Source: an uncultured bacterium
Lineage (GTDB): Bacteria > UBP14 > UBA6098 > B30-G16
Direction of reading: 5' to 3'
Assembly: GCA_964443405.1 (NCBI GenBank)
Contig: CAYUDB010000001.1
Span: 2,752-66,751, forward strand
Length of the DNA stretch: 64,000 nt
Of this stretch, positions 28,753 to 38,695 are shown in pieces (the stretch's first letter is position 1; the number at the start of each line of letters is the position of its first letter). The translations under genes were made by a program, and so were the position numbers. The notes beneath the pieces were generated by a model. It had not been told where the DNA came from. It did not search any database and saw nothing but the letters and a program-made list of their open reading frames with translations.

Positions 28753-28834
28753 GATCCTCCCCTTGGAATTTGTTGATAACTAAGTTTTTTTAAATTTAAC
28801 GGTCACGTTTTGGAACGTACTTTTTGATGGACAA

Positions 28835-29299
28835 TTAATTGCCATTATTTTTGTCAATTGGCTTTACAAAAAACGTGATGTTCTTTTTGCCTACAATCTC
28901 GACAATTTCGCCACGCTCGATTTCGACATCGGCAATGGCTTTCCAATCGGTGCCGTCAAATTCGATTTTACCTTCGTCGCTTTGAGGCACGATTTTCTTT
29001 GAAACTTTCACGCGTTTGCCCAAAAATTCAGCCGAATCGCCCACTTTTTCTTCGCTGTCGAGCTTTCCTTTGAGGTATTTCGAAAAAACTCTGCGCAGCG
29101 AAAACAGCAATATCAAAGAGCCTACTGCAAAAAATAACAGCTGCACTTCTATTGATGGTAGCACGCCAATCCAAGTGAGCAGCGCCGTTATAACCGCTCC
29201 CATGCCGAAAAAGATTAGAATTATGCCGGGCACCACAAATTCCAGAAACATGAGCACTAATCCCGCCACCAGCCACGCGAGTTCAGGGCTAAGGCACAT
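28835..29299 (-). CDS. NfeD-family membrane protein (short form, C-terminal OB-fold), partner of the SPFH protein
   Basis: Internal ATG at 29299 with GGAGG RBS. Two TM helices followed by an OB-fold-like tail (GKRVKVSKKIVPQSDEGKIEFDGTDWKAIADVEIERGEIVEIVGKKNITFFVKP). The NfeD-SPFH gene pairing is classic. Confidence 0.75.
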   Translation of the reverse strand: MCLSPELAWLVAGLVLMFLEFVVPGIILIFFGMGAVITALLTWIGVLPSIEVQLLFFAVGSLILLFSLRRVFSKYLKGKLDSEEKVGDSAEFLGKRVKVSKKIVPQSDEGKIEFDGTDWKAIADVEIERGEIVEIVGKKNITFFVKPIDKNNGN

Positions 29300-29516
29300 C
29301 GCAAAACCTCCGAGTTTGTTCTTCACAAAATATACACTTATTCGCATAAAAAATTCATTTTTTTTTGTTTCCAGCCAAATGCTAAACACCTAGAGTGGTT
29401 TTCAAAATTGCCTGCCTGTGCCGATAAAAATCCCCGCCTTGCAGCACTTCTTCTTAGGCAAGAAAGAAGCACAATGCAAGACGGGGAACATTTGTCAGCG
29501 GTCAGTTAGCTGATTT

Positions 29517-30152
29517 TTAGTTGAACATCTGCATGCCAAAGGCGTCTTTGAGCAAGAAAATTATGCGACCGATGAAAAGCGACAGTCGCGCCATAACTGT
29601 ATAGCCAAACGTTGCGCCAAAACCTATCATCAAAAACCAAATGCCAACGCTCGCCACACCACCAAACCAACCTTTGTGTTCCTTTGAAAAGAAGAAATAC
29701 ACCAAGCCCGAAAGCACTCCCACAACAATAATTAGATTGTAGAAAATGCCTTCGACTGTGAAGGAAACAGGCAACATTGTGGCATAAAGCTGCTGCATTA
29801 TTCCAGTTTGGATAACACGAGGCAGCGCATAACCCGAAGATGCACCAATGAGCAAGGCAAGGCTGTATCGCGAAAGCCATGCGTATTTTGGCACAATACG
29901 GGTTATCATAAGCAATCCCATAAGGGCTGGTATCACAAGATGCAAAGTGGACGGGAAATTCGCGACAAACGGCTCCCAAAATTTTCCCACAACAGTGAGC
30001 GTCCACCAGAGAACAATGCCGTAACCCATGCCGATGCCAACGGTAACCGATTCGGCAAATTTATAGAAAATGTTGTCCTTCCACAGAAACGAAAAGACCG
30101 AGAGGGTGAAGAAAACTGCCACCCAAACCCAAGGGTCGGTACTCGGATGCAT
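29517..30152 (-). CDS. Polytopic membrane protein of unknown function (211 aa, ~6 TM)
   Basis: RBS CACGGAGG. The protein is entirely hydrophobic helices (WVWVAVFFTLSVFSFLW..., IVLWWTLTVVGKFW..., IIVVGVLSGLVYFFF...). No recognisable motif. Confidence 0.55.
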   Translation of the reverse strand: MHPSTDPWVWVAVFFTLSVFSFLWKDNIFYKFAESVTVGIGMGYGIVLWWTLTVVGKFWEPFVANFPSTLHLVIPALMGLLMITRIVPKYAWLSRYSLALLIGASSGYALPRVIQTGIMQQLYATMLPVSFTVEGIFYNLIIVVGVLSGLVYFFFSKEHKGWFGGVASVGIWFLMIGFGATFGYTVMARLSLFIGRIIFLLKDAFGMQMFN

Positions 30153-30175
30153 ATTTTAACCTCCGTGCTTGCGGT

Positions 30176-30994
30176 TTACTTTTTCTTGGACATGAAATAG
30201 CCCAAGTTACCCAAAACAATAAATAGTATTATAGCAATGTGCGCCCATGACTGCGCTTCCATGCCTGCCATGCCTACAGCCGGTCTGTTGACGAGCTGCT
30301 CGTATTCGGCAGCGCCACGCAAACCACCAAGTATGCCAATAAGCTGACCCGCTTGCATATTCGGGTAAGCATCGGCAGCCATGACAGCTGTAATGCCCGC
30401 AGCAATTTTAACTTTGTACTGCGCATAGGCAAACACAATCCACGAAGCATATGCACTGCTGCCCGTAAGACAAACTATCAGGTCGATGTCGTCGTAGTTT
30501 TTGAGCTCGCGGGTGAGCGGTAAATCGCGAAGCTTGGTTTGGTAAAAATCGGATTGCCAAGCGCCTATGAAGTTTTTGCCCATCTGCATGACGAGCAAGC
30601 TCGCGCCGTATTTCCAGCCAAGGAAAACATAATCGACGCCATAGACTTTTTGATACTCGTCGGCAATGCGCTTTAGACGGGGTTCTACCAAACCTGTGCC
30701 CTGCAAGTTGAAAACATTTGCCACCACGACTTTCACGTTTTTTTGAAAGCAATGATGCAAAATTGCCTCATACATGGGCGAAAGTTCGGCGTCCACCTGT
30801 GGGTCGTAATCGCCGGAGATGAAAACAATGTCGGTCGGTTTGAGTTTATCGATATAGTTGTATATTGCGCTAACTTCGGGCGAAGGCTTGATCGGTAGCC
30901 CGAGCCTGAAGAAGAACGGTAACACCACCGCAATTGTGATGATGGCGTAAATTATACGCCTGTCGAGTTTTTCTAGTTTTTGCCAAAAATTCAT
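30176..30994 (-). CDS. Bitopic membrane-anchored protein of unknown function (272 aa; N- and C-terminal TM helices flank a ~220-aa soluble domain)
   Basis: RBS AAGGAG. TM helices near both termini (IIYAIITIAVVLPFFF; HIAIILFIVLGNLGYF). No recognisable motif. Confidence 0.55.
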   Translation of the reverse strand: MNFWQKLEKLDRRIIYAIITIAVVLPFFFRLGLPIKPSPEVSAIYNYIDKLKPTDIVFISGDYDPQVDAELSPMYEAILHHCFQKNVKVVVANVFNLQGTGLVEPRLKRIADEYQKVYGVDYVFLGWKYGASLLVMQMGKNFIGAWQSDFYQTKLRDLPLTRELKNYDDIDLIVCLTGSSAYASWIVFAYAQYKVKIAAGITAVMAADAYPNMQAGQLIGILGGLRGAAEYEQLVNRPAVGMAGMEAQSWAHIAIILFIVLGNLGYFMSKKK

Positions 30995-31018
30995 GGTTTG
31001 CTCCTTGGTAAGTTAGGC

Positions 31019-31669
31019 TCAGTCGCCACCGAGATAAGACCTTTCGATACCCAAAATGATCTTCAAGCTCACCAAAAGCGAGCCTAAACCCACGCCCAAA
31101 GCGATGGCGCGTTTTGCCGCCATGTTTGGAACGTTTAAAATCCATTGCGACACATCGTAGAACGTGATGTTGATGCCAAAATGTGTCCAAAAGCTAAGTG
31201 GCTCGCCAATGGGCACGCGCCCTAACATAACGATGATGGCGGCAATGAGCAATGCCACAGCTTGCATAGAGCGCGCGCGGAAAGCTCTGTATGCTGCCGA
31301 CGAAATGTAGAACGCGAGTAACGCAAAAACGGTGGCGTTCACCGCAACAGATACGTAAGTGAACAAATTCATGAACATACCAGCACTTGTGCCGTCGAAA
31401 ATTGCCGAAACTATCATAGCGAGAAGTGCAAGTAAGTTGATAGCCGAAAAATACCAGTCGTGCGAACGCTTGATGACTTTGTAGATGTGCACGCGCAAAA
31501 AGCTAAAATAGCCAAGCACGGCACCAAAGATTCCTATAGTTATAACCCAGTTGATATAGAAATCGTTCAGGAATATGTCGGAAGCCCTATGGGGTGCAAA
31601 ATATTGGAACCCCAAAAGGATACCCATCACGAGAACTATAAGCAAAGGTAGTGTTTTTTTCCAAAACAT
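31019..31669 (-). CDS. Polytopic membrane protein of unknown function (217 aa)
   Basis: Internal ATG at 31669 (MFWKKTLPLLIVLVMGILLGF) with AAGGGGG RBS, 12 nt after the stop of the upstream gene. About 6 predicted TM helices. Confidence 0.55.
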   Translation of the reverse strand: MFWKKTLPLLIVLVMGILLGFQYFAPHRASDIFLNDFYINWVITIGIFGAVLGYFSFLRVHIYKVIKRSHDWYFSAINLLALLAMIVSAIFDGTSAGMFMNLFTYVSVAVNATVFALLAFYISSAAYRAFRARSMQAVALLIAAIIVMLGRVPIGEPLSFWTHFGINITFYDVSQWILNVPNMAAKRAIALGVGLGSLLVSLKIILGIERSYLGGD

Positions 31670-31680
31670 CGGTGCCCCCT

Positions 31681-34455
31681 TTATTCGCCAAGAGATTGGA
31701 AGATGTTCACGAGCCACCATGCACCAGCCGAAGCCGCAGCTGTGCCAATTACGATGATGACCATTTCGATAGCTTTGAGCACATCCTGCGATTTGAGTGA
31801 GCCACGCTGCATTGGGTCATTGGACATGTATGCGGAAGCTGCGTAAAGCTCTTCGCCTATGAGCGTGTAATCGCAAGCGGTGATGAAAAATGGCAGTTGA
31901 GTCATGTCGTCTGTGCCCGCAACCTGAATGGCTCCGGTAGATGCACCTGTTTCTGCCAAGATTAGTGATTCGGCATAGAACTTACCTACGAAGAAGTTGG
32001 CGGCGGTTTTCTCGCGAATCATCAAACCAGCCACTGCTGCTGCATAGGCAAATTGTTGTGCTGCAAAGTAATAGATATCGTCTTCGCGATAAAGATCGGG
32101 TCTGCCCGCATCGGTGTATGCGTTGCGAACAGTTTCTTGTGCCACAATCATGATGATAGGATCGTAGCAAGGCACCAAAAGCCTGTTTTGATATTGTGCC
32201 GATTTTTTCGCTACACGTCCCAAAATAGTGAGCGATGCGAGAGTAGCTATCTCTTCGATGTAGCCCAAGCCAGTAACGTAAACAATGGGACGACCCATTT
32301 CGGTAGCTCTGCCCAATGCCTCGTCGATGTGCACAATACCCGCAATTGGGCGAATGAAAAACTGCGAGCCTTTTCTCGCCAAAAGTATGAAAAACAAAGC
32401 CACCGCAACAAATATAAAAGTGGCAATAAGCAAGTTTACTTTGTGCGTGTTGAACCAGTTGCTCTGAGGCACCACGGGACCAAGTGGTTCGGTTTGTGCC
32501 ACAGCACCATCGGGACCGACAACCTGCACAATGTAATAGTAGTCTTTTTTGTGCGGTGGATTGCGGAAAATGCGGAGCAAGCTTTTATCTGTTGTGTCGG
32601 GTTCAAACTGGTCGATTATTTGGCGGTTGTCGAAACTGCCATCGGCAAAAAGCTCAAATGTCGAAAGATCGTTTTTGTCGGTGCCACGATAGAATAAATA
32701 GGTGTATTCAGAAGATGGTGCATCGACTATGTGGATTTTTGTGGCATCGATTTCCATGTCGATTACAGCTTCGGGATTGTTGAAGCTTCCGCCGTTTGAG
32801 CGGATAATTTTGCCCGTGAGCCTGTATTTGCCTTCGGGCACATCGTCAAATTTGAAAGAAAAAGTGTTGTCTTTGTCGAGAATTTCTGCGGGCTCGGGCA
32901 AACCAAGTGTGAAATCACCGTAAAGTGCGTCGTCTTCGCTGTTTGTGAGCATGTTGTATTCGATTTTGAGCGTCCTTTTATCGCCAACGGTGGTGTAGGC
33001 ATAGGTGGAGATCTTTTGTGCGCCCTCGGGTTTTGCTGCGCCCGGTTCGAGTTTTATAATCTGTTCACTCGTATCAGTTTTAACATAATAAAGGTTTTGC
33101 GCGCTCACGTCTTCGATTTTGGGTGTAGGCGCCGCATCTTCGACAGAATAGGCAACTGTGAGTGCTGGCGGTCCCCATCTGAGGAGAAGTTTTGTGCCAT
33201 CGTCGTTGGGAAAATCTTCGGCAACGATGTCGGCAATGGGAACAACACCAAGTGGTGCGGGCACAGATTGCAAAAGTGTGGTTTTTGTAGATTGCCCTGC
33301 TTTATCGACATTTTCGATGTAAAATCTGTCGGCACCTTTTACATCTTTTATCGCGAAAAACATCCAAGACGCATTGATTTCGCCTACTGGTGTGCCTTCT
33401 TTGCATGATGTGTCTTTGGCTGTGGTTTTGAAAATGCGATATTTGGCATTGTCGAAAAACTGTGCATATCTTTGCGCTGCAGGGTCGAAATTGAAATGAA
33501 TGGCAGCGGTGTTTGATGTCGTGTCGAAAAGCACCATCGATGCAACCGGTGCAAAAGGCGGTTCATCTTTTGTGATTATTTCGACAGGAGCAGATTCGTC
33601 AAAGATTTTTGCCGTAGTGAAAAGGTTTTGTGCTGCGGGCTTGTTTTTTTGGTAAAGGCGAATTGTGTAGGTATATTTTTTCCCTGGTGCTGCACTGCGG
33701 TCAACAAACGAAAAATCGCTGGCTTGCATAGTGTAACGTGCTTTAGTGGTGACCACTGATGCTATTTTTTTGCCATATTTTGCCAAAAATGCGCTCTCTA
33801 CACCGTCTGCGGTGGAGATGAAGCTACCCTTTTTTACAAATTCAAATTCAGCATCTTTCGCCGAAACTTCAAGACCAATTTTGCCGTTTTGTGGCACTGT
33901 GAAGCCACATTTTGCAAAGAGCTCGGGCATAACATTGACTGGTTGAAGTTTTTCGGCTATGCGCATGTCGGGGACAACTTGATAATAAAGTCCATCGACA
34001 AAAACATTAGGAAGCGCATTGACGCTCTCTTGTGGTGGAATTTGGAACTCGATGCGCACGAGTTGTTCGGCACCGTGCGACATGAGCGATTCGGCATTTT
34101 CCACAGTAGGCTTTGTGACAATAAGCTTGGGCAAGCCGGCACACGACGAATCGATAGAGACAAGATAGCCCAAATTTTTTACGTCGTTGTCGGTGGTGTT
34201 TTCCCAAACCGTGTTCACCTTTTTCATCTGCAGAGGAGTTATGAGAACTGGCGCACCACCTTCCTCGGTGCGGTAGATCTCATATAAAATCCCGGGCACG
34301 GTTTCAAAGTGTTTCCACTTTATGACGACATTTGTGCCATCATCGCCCGGGATGTCTGTAAGTTGTGGGTTTTGCGGTTTAGGAGCTGCAATTGCCGCCA
34401 TGGCGCACGACAAAAGCAACGACAGAACGGCAAAGGATACGTACGTTCGCCTCAT
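31681..34455 (-). CDS. Large membrane protein of unknown function (924 aa): signal peptide, ~660-aa extracytoplasmic domain, TM helix, ~210-aa domain, C-terminal TM helix
   Basis: RBS ATAGGAGGAC. N-terminus MRRTYVSFAVLSLLLSCAMAAIAAP. TM helix at about aa 690 (VNLLIATFIFVAVALFFILLARK) and a terminal hydrophobic segment (VIIVIGTAAASAGAWWLVNIF). No recognisable catalytic motif. It is the first gene of a tightly packed cluster, 34455 down to 27832, containing only membrane proteins. Confidence 0.6.
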   Translation of the reverse strand: MRRTYVSFAVLSLLLSCAMAAIAAPKPQNPQLTDIPGDDGTNVVIKWKHFETVPGILYEIYRTEEGGAPVLITPLQMKKVNTVWENTTDNDVKNLGYLVSIDSSCAGLPKLIVTKPTVENAESLMSHGAEQLVRIEFQIPPQESVNALPNVFVDGLYYQVVPDMRIAEKLQPVNVMPELFAKCGFTVPQNGKIGLEVSAKDAEFEFVKKGSFISTADGVESAFLAKYGKKIASVVTTKARYTMQASDFSFVDRSAAPGKKYTYTIRLYQKNKPAAQNLFTTAKIFDESAPVEIITKDEPPFAPVASMVLFDTTSNTAAIHFNFDPAAQRYAQFFDNAKYRIFKTTAKDTSCKEGTPVGEINASWMFFAIKDVKGADRFYIENVDKAGQSTKTTLLQSVPAPLGVVPIADIVAEDFPNDDGTKLLLRWGPPALTVAYSVEDAAPTPKIEDVSAQNLYYVKTDTSEQIIKLEPGAAKPEGAQKISTYAYTTVGDKRTLKIEYNMLTNSEDDALYGDFTLGLPEPAEILDKDNTFSFKFDDVPEGKYRLTGKIIRSNGGSFNNPEAVIDMEIDATKIHIVDAPSSEYTYLFYRGTDKNDLSTFELFADGSFDNRQIIDQFEPDTTDKSLLRIFRNPPHKKDYYYIVQVVGPDGAVAQTEPLGPVVPQSNWFNTHKVNLLIATFIFVAVALFFILLARKGSQFFIRPIAGIVHIDEALGRATEMGRPIVYVTGLGYIEEIATLASLTILGRVAKKSAQYQNRLLVPCYDPIIMIVAQETVRNAYTDAGRPDLYREDDIYYFAAQQFAYAAAVAGLMIREKTAANFFVGKFYAESLILAETGASTGAIQVAGTDDMTQLPFFITACDYTLIGEELYAASAYMSNDPMQRGSLKSQDVLKAIEMVIIVIGTAAASAGAWWLVNIFQSLGE

Positions 34456-34506
34456 CAGTCCTCCTATTTTTTTAAATTGTTATACTGAATGCAATCATTT
34501 TTGCAT

Positions 34507-34553
34507 CAAAAAAAGCACCGCCAAAACCATTTCTTTAGGCTGTGTGGCGGTGC
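34507..34553 (-). terminator. Rho-independent terminator of the 34566-35684 gene (stem GCACCGCCA…TGGCGGTGC followed by T8 on the minus strand)
   Basis: 9-bp stem with a T-run seen directly. It separates the upstream gene from the membrane-protein operon promoter. Confidence 0.6.
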
Positions 34554-34565
34554 ATTTTTACAAAA

Positions 34566-35684
34566 TCATTCTTCGATCATTTCGAGGTTGGCGCGTGGCA
34601 CCATAACCTTTTCGCCATCGAGAAATTCTATTTCGCAAACGCGAGCATGTGTTTCCGATTCGAGTGCGCGCAGTTCGGGCGGTAAACCTGCGATTTTGCC
34701 AATTTTGCCAAAATATGGCACGCGAATAACACGAACGAGCGATCCTATTTCGATGCCCTTAAGCTCGCTTTTTGTAACATTTTCGGCTTCGATGTTCTGT
34801 TGGATTATGACTTCGGGACGGATGACACCAGCACGTATTTGGGTGGCACCATTTATCGAGGCTTCGCAGTCATTGTATTTTTTGAGCATTTCGAAGGTTT
34901 TTTTTGCCATAGGGATATTGCCAAATCCCTCGGTAACCAAAACAGTGAGCGGTATATCCTCAGAACCGGTAATGGCAACACCGATGTCGTAACCGAGATA
35001 TTCGGCAACATCTTGTGCATCGATGCCACCTGCAACTATGCCGCGCACGTTGAGTTGCTGGGCTTTGCGAATTGCAGCAGCGGTGATTCTTCCGCCACCT
35101 ATGATGATTTTATCGTGGCAACTGTCGTCAATTTGGGCTGCATCTAAAATTTCGTCACACGAACGCGAGACGATGTGAATTTTGCCCGTGCGTTCGCCGC
35201 CAATGCCGAAAATTCCCTGCACAAATGTGGCGACTGTCTCGACAACCACGCCCTCTTTTTCGATTATTTCTACAACTTTGCCGGGAATATAAGCCTTAAC
35301 TTCGATGGGTATTGGCTCGGCATTGAGAACAGCTTGTCCTGTAACGCGCGATACTTCTTTCAGGGTACCTGAGAAAGGTGCTTTAATTTGGGTTTTGAAA
35401 AGCCCAAAGAAACCTTTGTTCTCTGCTAAAATTTGTCCTACGTCGAAATGTTCACCCTGTTTGACCTTAAGAAACATTTCTGCATCAGCAGCATCGATGC
35501 CAAGCAAACCGGCTATGTTCAAAAGCTCCACCGAGCCAGGCAAAAACGCGCGCGCAACAGTGTCATTGGGTTTCACTGCATCACCTTTTTTGACAACCAC
35601 TTCACCCTTGAGAGGCAATATACGCCTTTTCGAGACAAGTTCGCGTTCGGTTACTTTAAGCCCGGGTATATATACGTGCCCCAT
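34566..35684 (-). CDS. Hypothetical soluble protein, possibly of the GGGtGRT family
   Basis: ATG at 35684 with strong AAGGAGAGAAGC RBS; the ORF-track start at 35714 is a TTG. Contains GIFGIGGERTGKIHIV, reminiscent of the GGGtGRT-family name motif. Otherwise unrecognised. Confidence 0.4.
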   Translation of the reverse strand: MGHVYIPGLKVTERELVSKRRILPLKGEVVVKKGDAVKPNDTVARAFLPGSVELLNIAGLLGIDAADAEMFLKVKQGEHFDVGQILAENKGFFGLFKTQIKAPFSGTLKEVSRVTGQAVLNAEPIPIEVKAYIPGKVVEIIEKEGVVVETVATFVQGIFGIGGERTGKIHIVSRSCDEILDAAQIDDSCHDKIIIGGGRITAAAIRKAQQLNVRGIVAGGIDAQDVAEYLGYDIGVAITGSEDIPLTVLVTEGFGNIPMAKKTFEMLKKYNDCEASINGATQIRAGVIRPEVIIQQNIEAENVTKSELKGIEIGSLVRVIRVPYFGKIGKIAGLPPELRALESETHARVCEIEFLDGEKVMVPRANLEMIEE

Positions 35685-35842
35685 GCTTCTCTCCTTGTGA
35701 ATATTGTATTTCAATAAAGCAAGTTTTGCTCATAGCACAAGCATTTTGTTAGTGGCGTCGGCACAAGTGGGTGCCTTTCTAAGCTGCTACGCCACGCAAC
35801 TTGAGTAGAAATCTGTTTTATTAGCAGATGCTACCTCTCAAT

Positions 35843-35871
35843 AAAAAAACCACCAAACTTTTGTTTGGTGG
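35843..35871 (-). terminator. Rho-independent terminator of pmbA/tldE (stem CCACCAAAC/GTTTGGTGG, T7 on the minus strand)
   Basis: Hairpin and A7 on the plus strand (T7 on the minus strand), about 90 nt downstream of the 35959 stop. Confidence 0.65.
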
Positions 35872-35958
35872 CATCAGTGAATATTTTTGCAAACGGCTTA
35901 GTCGTCCACTTTGAACAAAAACTTTTTGTAAACCAGTGGGTGCCGTCTCTGAAATAAA

Positions 35959-37269
35959 TCATTCGGAAATGACGGAGATGTTGTCGAAGCGCATATATGG
36001 GAAACAGTAAACGCCATAAAGCCATTCGCGATCGGAGCTTATTGCCGAAATATCGCGCAGACAATCGTAAACATTGCCAGAAATAGCAACATTTTTCACT
36101 CTACCGACAATTTTCCCGCCTTCGATTTTGTAAGCGCTCCCCACAGGGTTTGAGAAGGCGCCCGAAAGGACATTGCCTTGTCCCATGCCGAGCACCGATT
36201 CAATCAAAATGCCCTCGTCGATGCTCGCGATTATGTCTTGGGAAGGTTGTGTGCCCGGCTCTATAAGCACATTGCTCGAAGATGGGGAGACCGGTCCGAA
36301 AAGCGAGCGCGTGCCACAACCATTGCTGGTATAACCGCTTTTTTTGGCAGTAGTCAAGTCGAAATAGAAGGCAGACAAGACGCCATTTTCTATCATGGTT
36401 TGGCGACGTTTGAGTGTGCCTTCTGCGTCGAAAGGTGCGCTGCCTGCACGAAATGCAAGTGTTGGATCGTCGATAAGCGAGAATTTTTCGTCGAAGAGAG
36501 TTTGCCCAAGTTTGTCGAATATGGGGCTAGATTTTGTGTATATGCTCGACCCGTTCAAGCCGATGGAAAGTGGGTAGAGTATCACAGGTACAGCGCGAGG
36601 AGTAAAAATAATCGGGCAATTTCCAGTGGGTGGTGCGACGATGCGGTCGGCAAATGACATGGCGTTTTTGATGCGCGCTTCAATAGGTGCGACAAAAGCA
36701 TCAACGCTTGTGGGTGACGCTGTTGCTGTGTTGTAATCCCATGTCATGTAAATGTCGCCCTCGCGAACTCGCGTTACACTCCCCGAAAGCGATATAGATG
36801 ATTTCGAAAATTCCGCATCAAAGCCTTCGGTGTTCGTTATGCGAAAATGTGCCGCCGAACTTCCACAGCCAAATTCGCCGTCGCAATCGGTTTTGAATTC
36901 TAAAAGCGAATTTTTTGCTTTTTCGGCAATAGCCGCAAGGTCGGGTATGGTAACCGATTCAAGTTGAGCATCAAAGATTTGAGGCATGCGCATGTCGGCT
37001 GGCTTTGAAGGAAAGGTCAAATCGAGTTTTTCGCCGAGTTTTGCCGCAGAAATAGCATTTTCGACCATGTCGTCGAGTCTGTCGGCATCAGATGTGGCAC
37101 AGAAGCCGAGTTTGCCGTCGATGATGACGCGCAAAGCCCAACCGCGCTCGTTTGTGCTCTCAGTGCCGCGTATTTTCCAGCCTTTAAACTCCACCGAACG
37201 CGACGAACTTTCGGTAAAAAACAGTTCGGCGCTGTCCACACGACCTTTCACTTTGGCAAGTATATCCAT
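35959..37269 (-). CDS. pmbA: PmbA/TldE metalloprotease-family protein (the TldD partner, which lacks the HExxxH motif)
   Basis: ATG at 37269 with AAGGAGGATTCG RBS. TldD/PmbA family fold. It lies immediately downstream of tldD. Confidence 0.8.
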   Translation of the reverse strand: MDILAKVKGRVDSAELFFTESSSRSVEFKGWKIRGTESTNERGWALRVIIDGKLGFCATSDADRLDDMVENAISAAKLGEKLDLTFPSKPADMRMPQIFDAQLESVTIPDLAAIAEKAKNSLLEFKTDCDGEFGCGSSAAHFRITNTEGFDAEFSKSSISLSGSVTRVREGDIYMTWDYNTATASPTSVDAFVAPIEARIKNAMSFADRIVAPPTGNCPIIFTPRAVPVILYPLSIGLNGSSIYTKSSPIFDKLGQTLFDEKFSLIDDPTLAFRAGSAPFDAEGTLKRRQTMIENGVLSAFYFDLTTAKKSGYTSNGCGTRSLFGPVSPSSSNVLIEPGTQPSQDIIASIDEGILIESVLGMGQGNVLSGAFSNPVGSAYKIEGGKIVGRVKNVAISGNVYDCLRDISAISSDREWLYGVYCFPYMRFDNISVISE

Positions 37270-37312
37270 CGAATCCTCCTTATTTTGCGAAAACATTGTT
37301 GTGAAAAGGCAA

Positions 37313-38695
37313 TTATTCCTTGCCGCCTACTTTTACGTTGTGGATGCGAATGTGAGGTGCGCCAACGTCAACTGGTGCTGCCTGACCGCCTTTGCCACAG
37401 TTGCCGCCCCATTTTGCCCAAGAGAAGTCGGTGCCCACTGCGTCGATGTTTTCGAGCGTTTGGAACAAATTGCCCTGAAGCACGACATCACGCACAAGTT
37501 CGCCGGGTTTGCCATCTTCGATAATGTAAGCCGCGCCAGCCGAAAAAGAGAAGTTTTCAAGCTGCGTTTGACCACCGTAAGCATCGGTGCAATAGAGACC
37601 ATTTTTCACTTCGGCAAACATTTTTTTCACATCGTGCGGTCCTGCCTCGATGGCAGTGTTGGTCATGCGCACAATGGGTTCGTTGCGATAGCTTTGGGCA
37701 CGCGCATTACCTGTGGGTTGTTCGCCGAGCTTGGCTGCTGTCTCGCGATTGTGCAGACGACCTGCGAGCACGCCTTCGCGAATGAGATATGTTTTGTGCG
37801 CAACAATGCCTTCGTCATCGTAATGGATGGTGCCGTGAAGGTCGGGTTGTATTGTGCCATCATCGATGACATTGAGAAAATCTTTGCCGAAAACGCGACC
37901 CAAATTCATCATTTGCTGTGCTTGCGGGTTCTCGAGGATGAAATCGGATTCGGAGAGATGTCCAAAGGCTTCGTGGATGAAAACACCTGCAAGCTTTGGA
38001 TCGAGGACAACGGTGTATGTGCCACCTGTAACACTTTTTGCTGAAAGTAGGCGAAGCGCCATTTCGGCAGTTTCGCGTGCCTGAGCTTGTCTTTGTGCAA
38101 AATCAGAAAATCTGTGCTTGGTGCTCCAACCTTGCGTCCAAGCTTGTGTGTCCGAGCCTCTGCGTGCACGTGCAGCACAATAGAGAACACCATCGCGCAC
38201 AACATGTTCGATGCGTCCGCCGAAAGTGTTTGCAAAAAATTTCTCATTGCACCAATCGGCGTAATTGTTGATGGCAAGTATGATCTCTTCGCCGGTAGAT
38301 TTCATGATTTCATTGTATTCGCGGCAGAGAGCGATTTTAGTTTCGGCAGAATGGCTGTCGAAGGGGTCGATCATTTTTGTCTCGACATGCGTTTCGATTG
38401 GGTCTGACTCGGCAATGCGAATCGGCTCATCGGGTATGATTATCCGTGAGCTGTCGCAGGCATCGGCGAAAGCTTTTGGCAACGATGCGTAATCGTTGAA
38501 AGTGGCTATGCCCCAACCGTGGTTGTGCAGGAGCACACGAACAAAACCGCCTGCATCGTTTTTGCGCGAAAAGTTTTCGACTATGCCGTTTTTCACCACG
38601 AAAGATAGAGCGCTAGCCCTTTCGAGGCGAATTTCCGCGTAGCCTCCAACATTTTTCAGCAGGCTTTCGATTGTGTCGCGGTAGTTTTCGAACAT
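37313..38695 (-). CDS. tldD: TldD metalloprotease
   Basis: RBS CAGGGAGGCAAA. HEAFGH zinc-binding motif and the C-terminal glycine-rich tail typical of TldD. Confidence 0.88.
   Translation of the reverse strand: MFENYRDTIESLLKNVGGYAEIRLERASALSFVVKNGIVENFSRKNDAGGFVRVLLHNHGWGIATFNDYASLPKAFADACDSSRIIIPDEPIRIAESDPIETHVETKMIDPFDSHSAETKIALCREYNEIMKSTGEEIILAINNYADWCNEKFFANTFGGRIEHVVRDGVLYCAARARRGSDTQAWTQGWSTKHRFSDFAQRQAQARETAEMALRLLSAKSVTGGTYTVVLDPKLAGVFIHEAFGHLSESDFILENPQAQQMMNLGRVFGKDFLNVIDDGTIQPDLHGTIHYDDEGIVAHKTYLIREGVLAGRLHNRETAAKLGEQPTGNARAQSYRNEPIVRMTNTAIEAGPHDVKKMFAEVKNGLYCTDAYGGQTQLENFSFSAGAAYIIEDGKPGELVRDVVLQGNLFQTLENIDAVGTDFSWAKWGGNCGKGGQAAPVDVGAPHIRIHNVKVGGKE

Noticed and set aside
36986-38044. 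352-aa plus-strand ORF
   Set aside because: Antisense to the tldD/pmbA genes, which carry HEAFGH and strong RBSs. Artefact.
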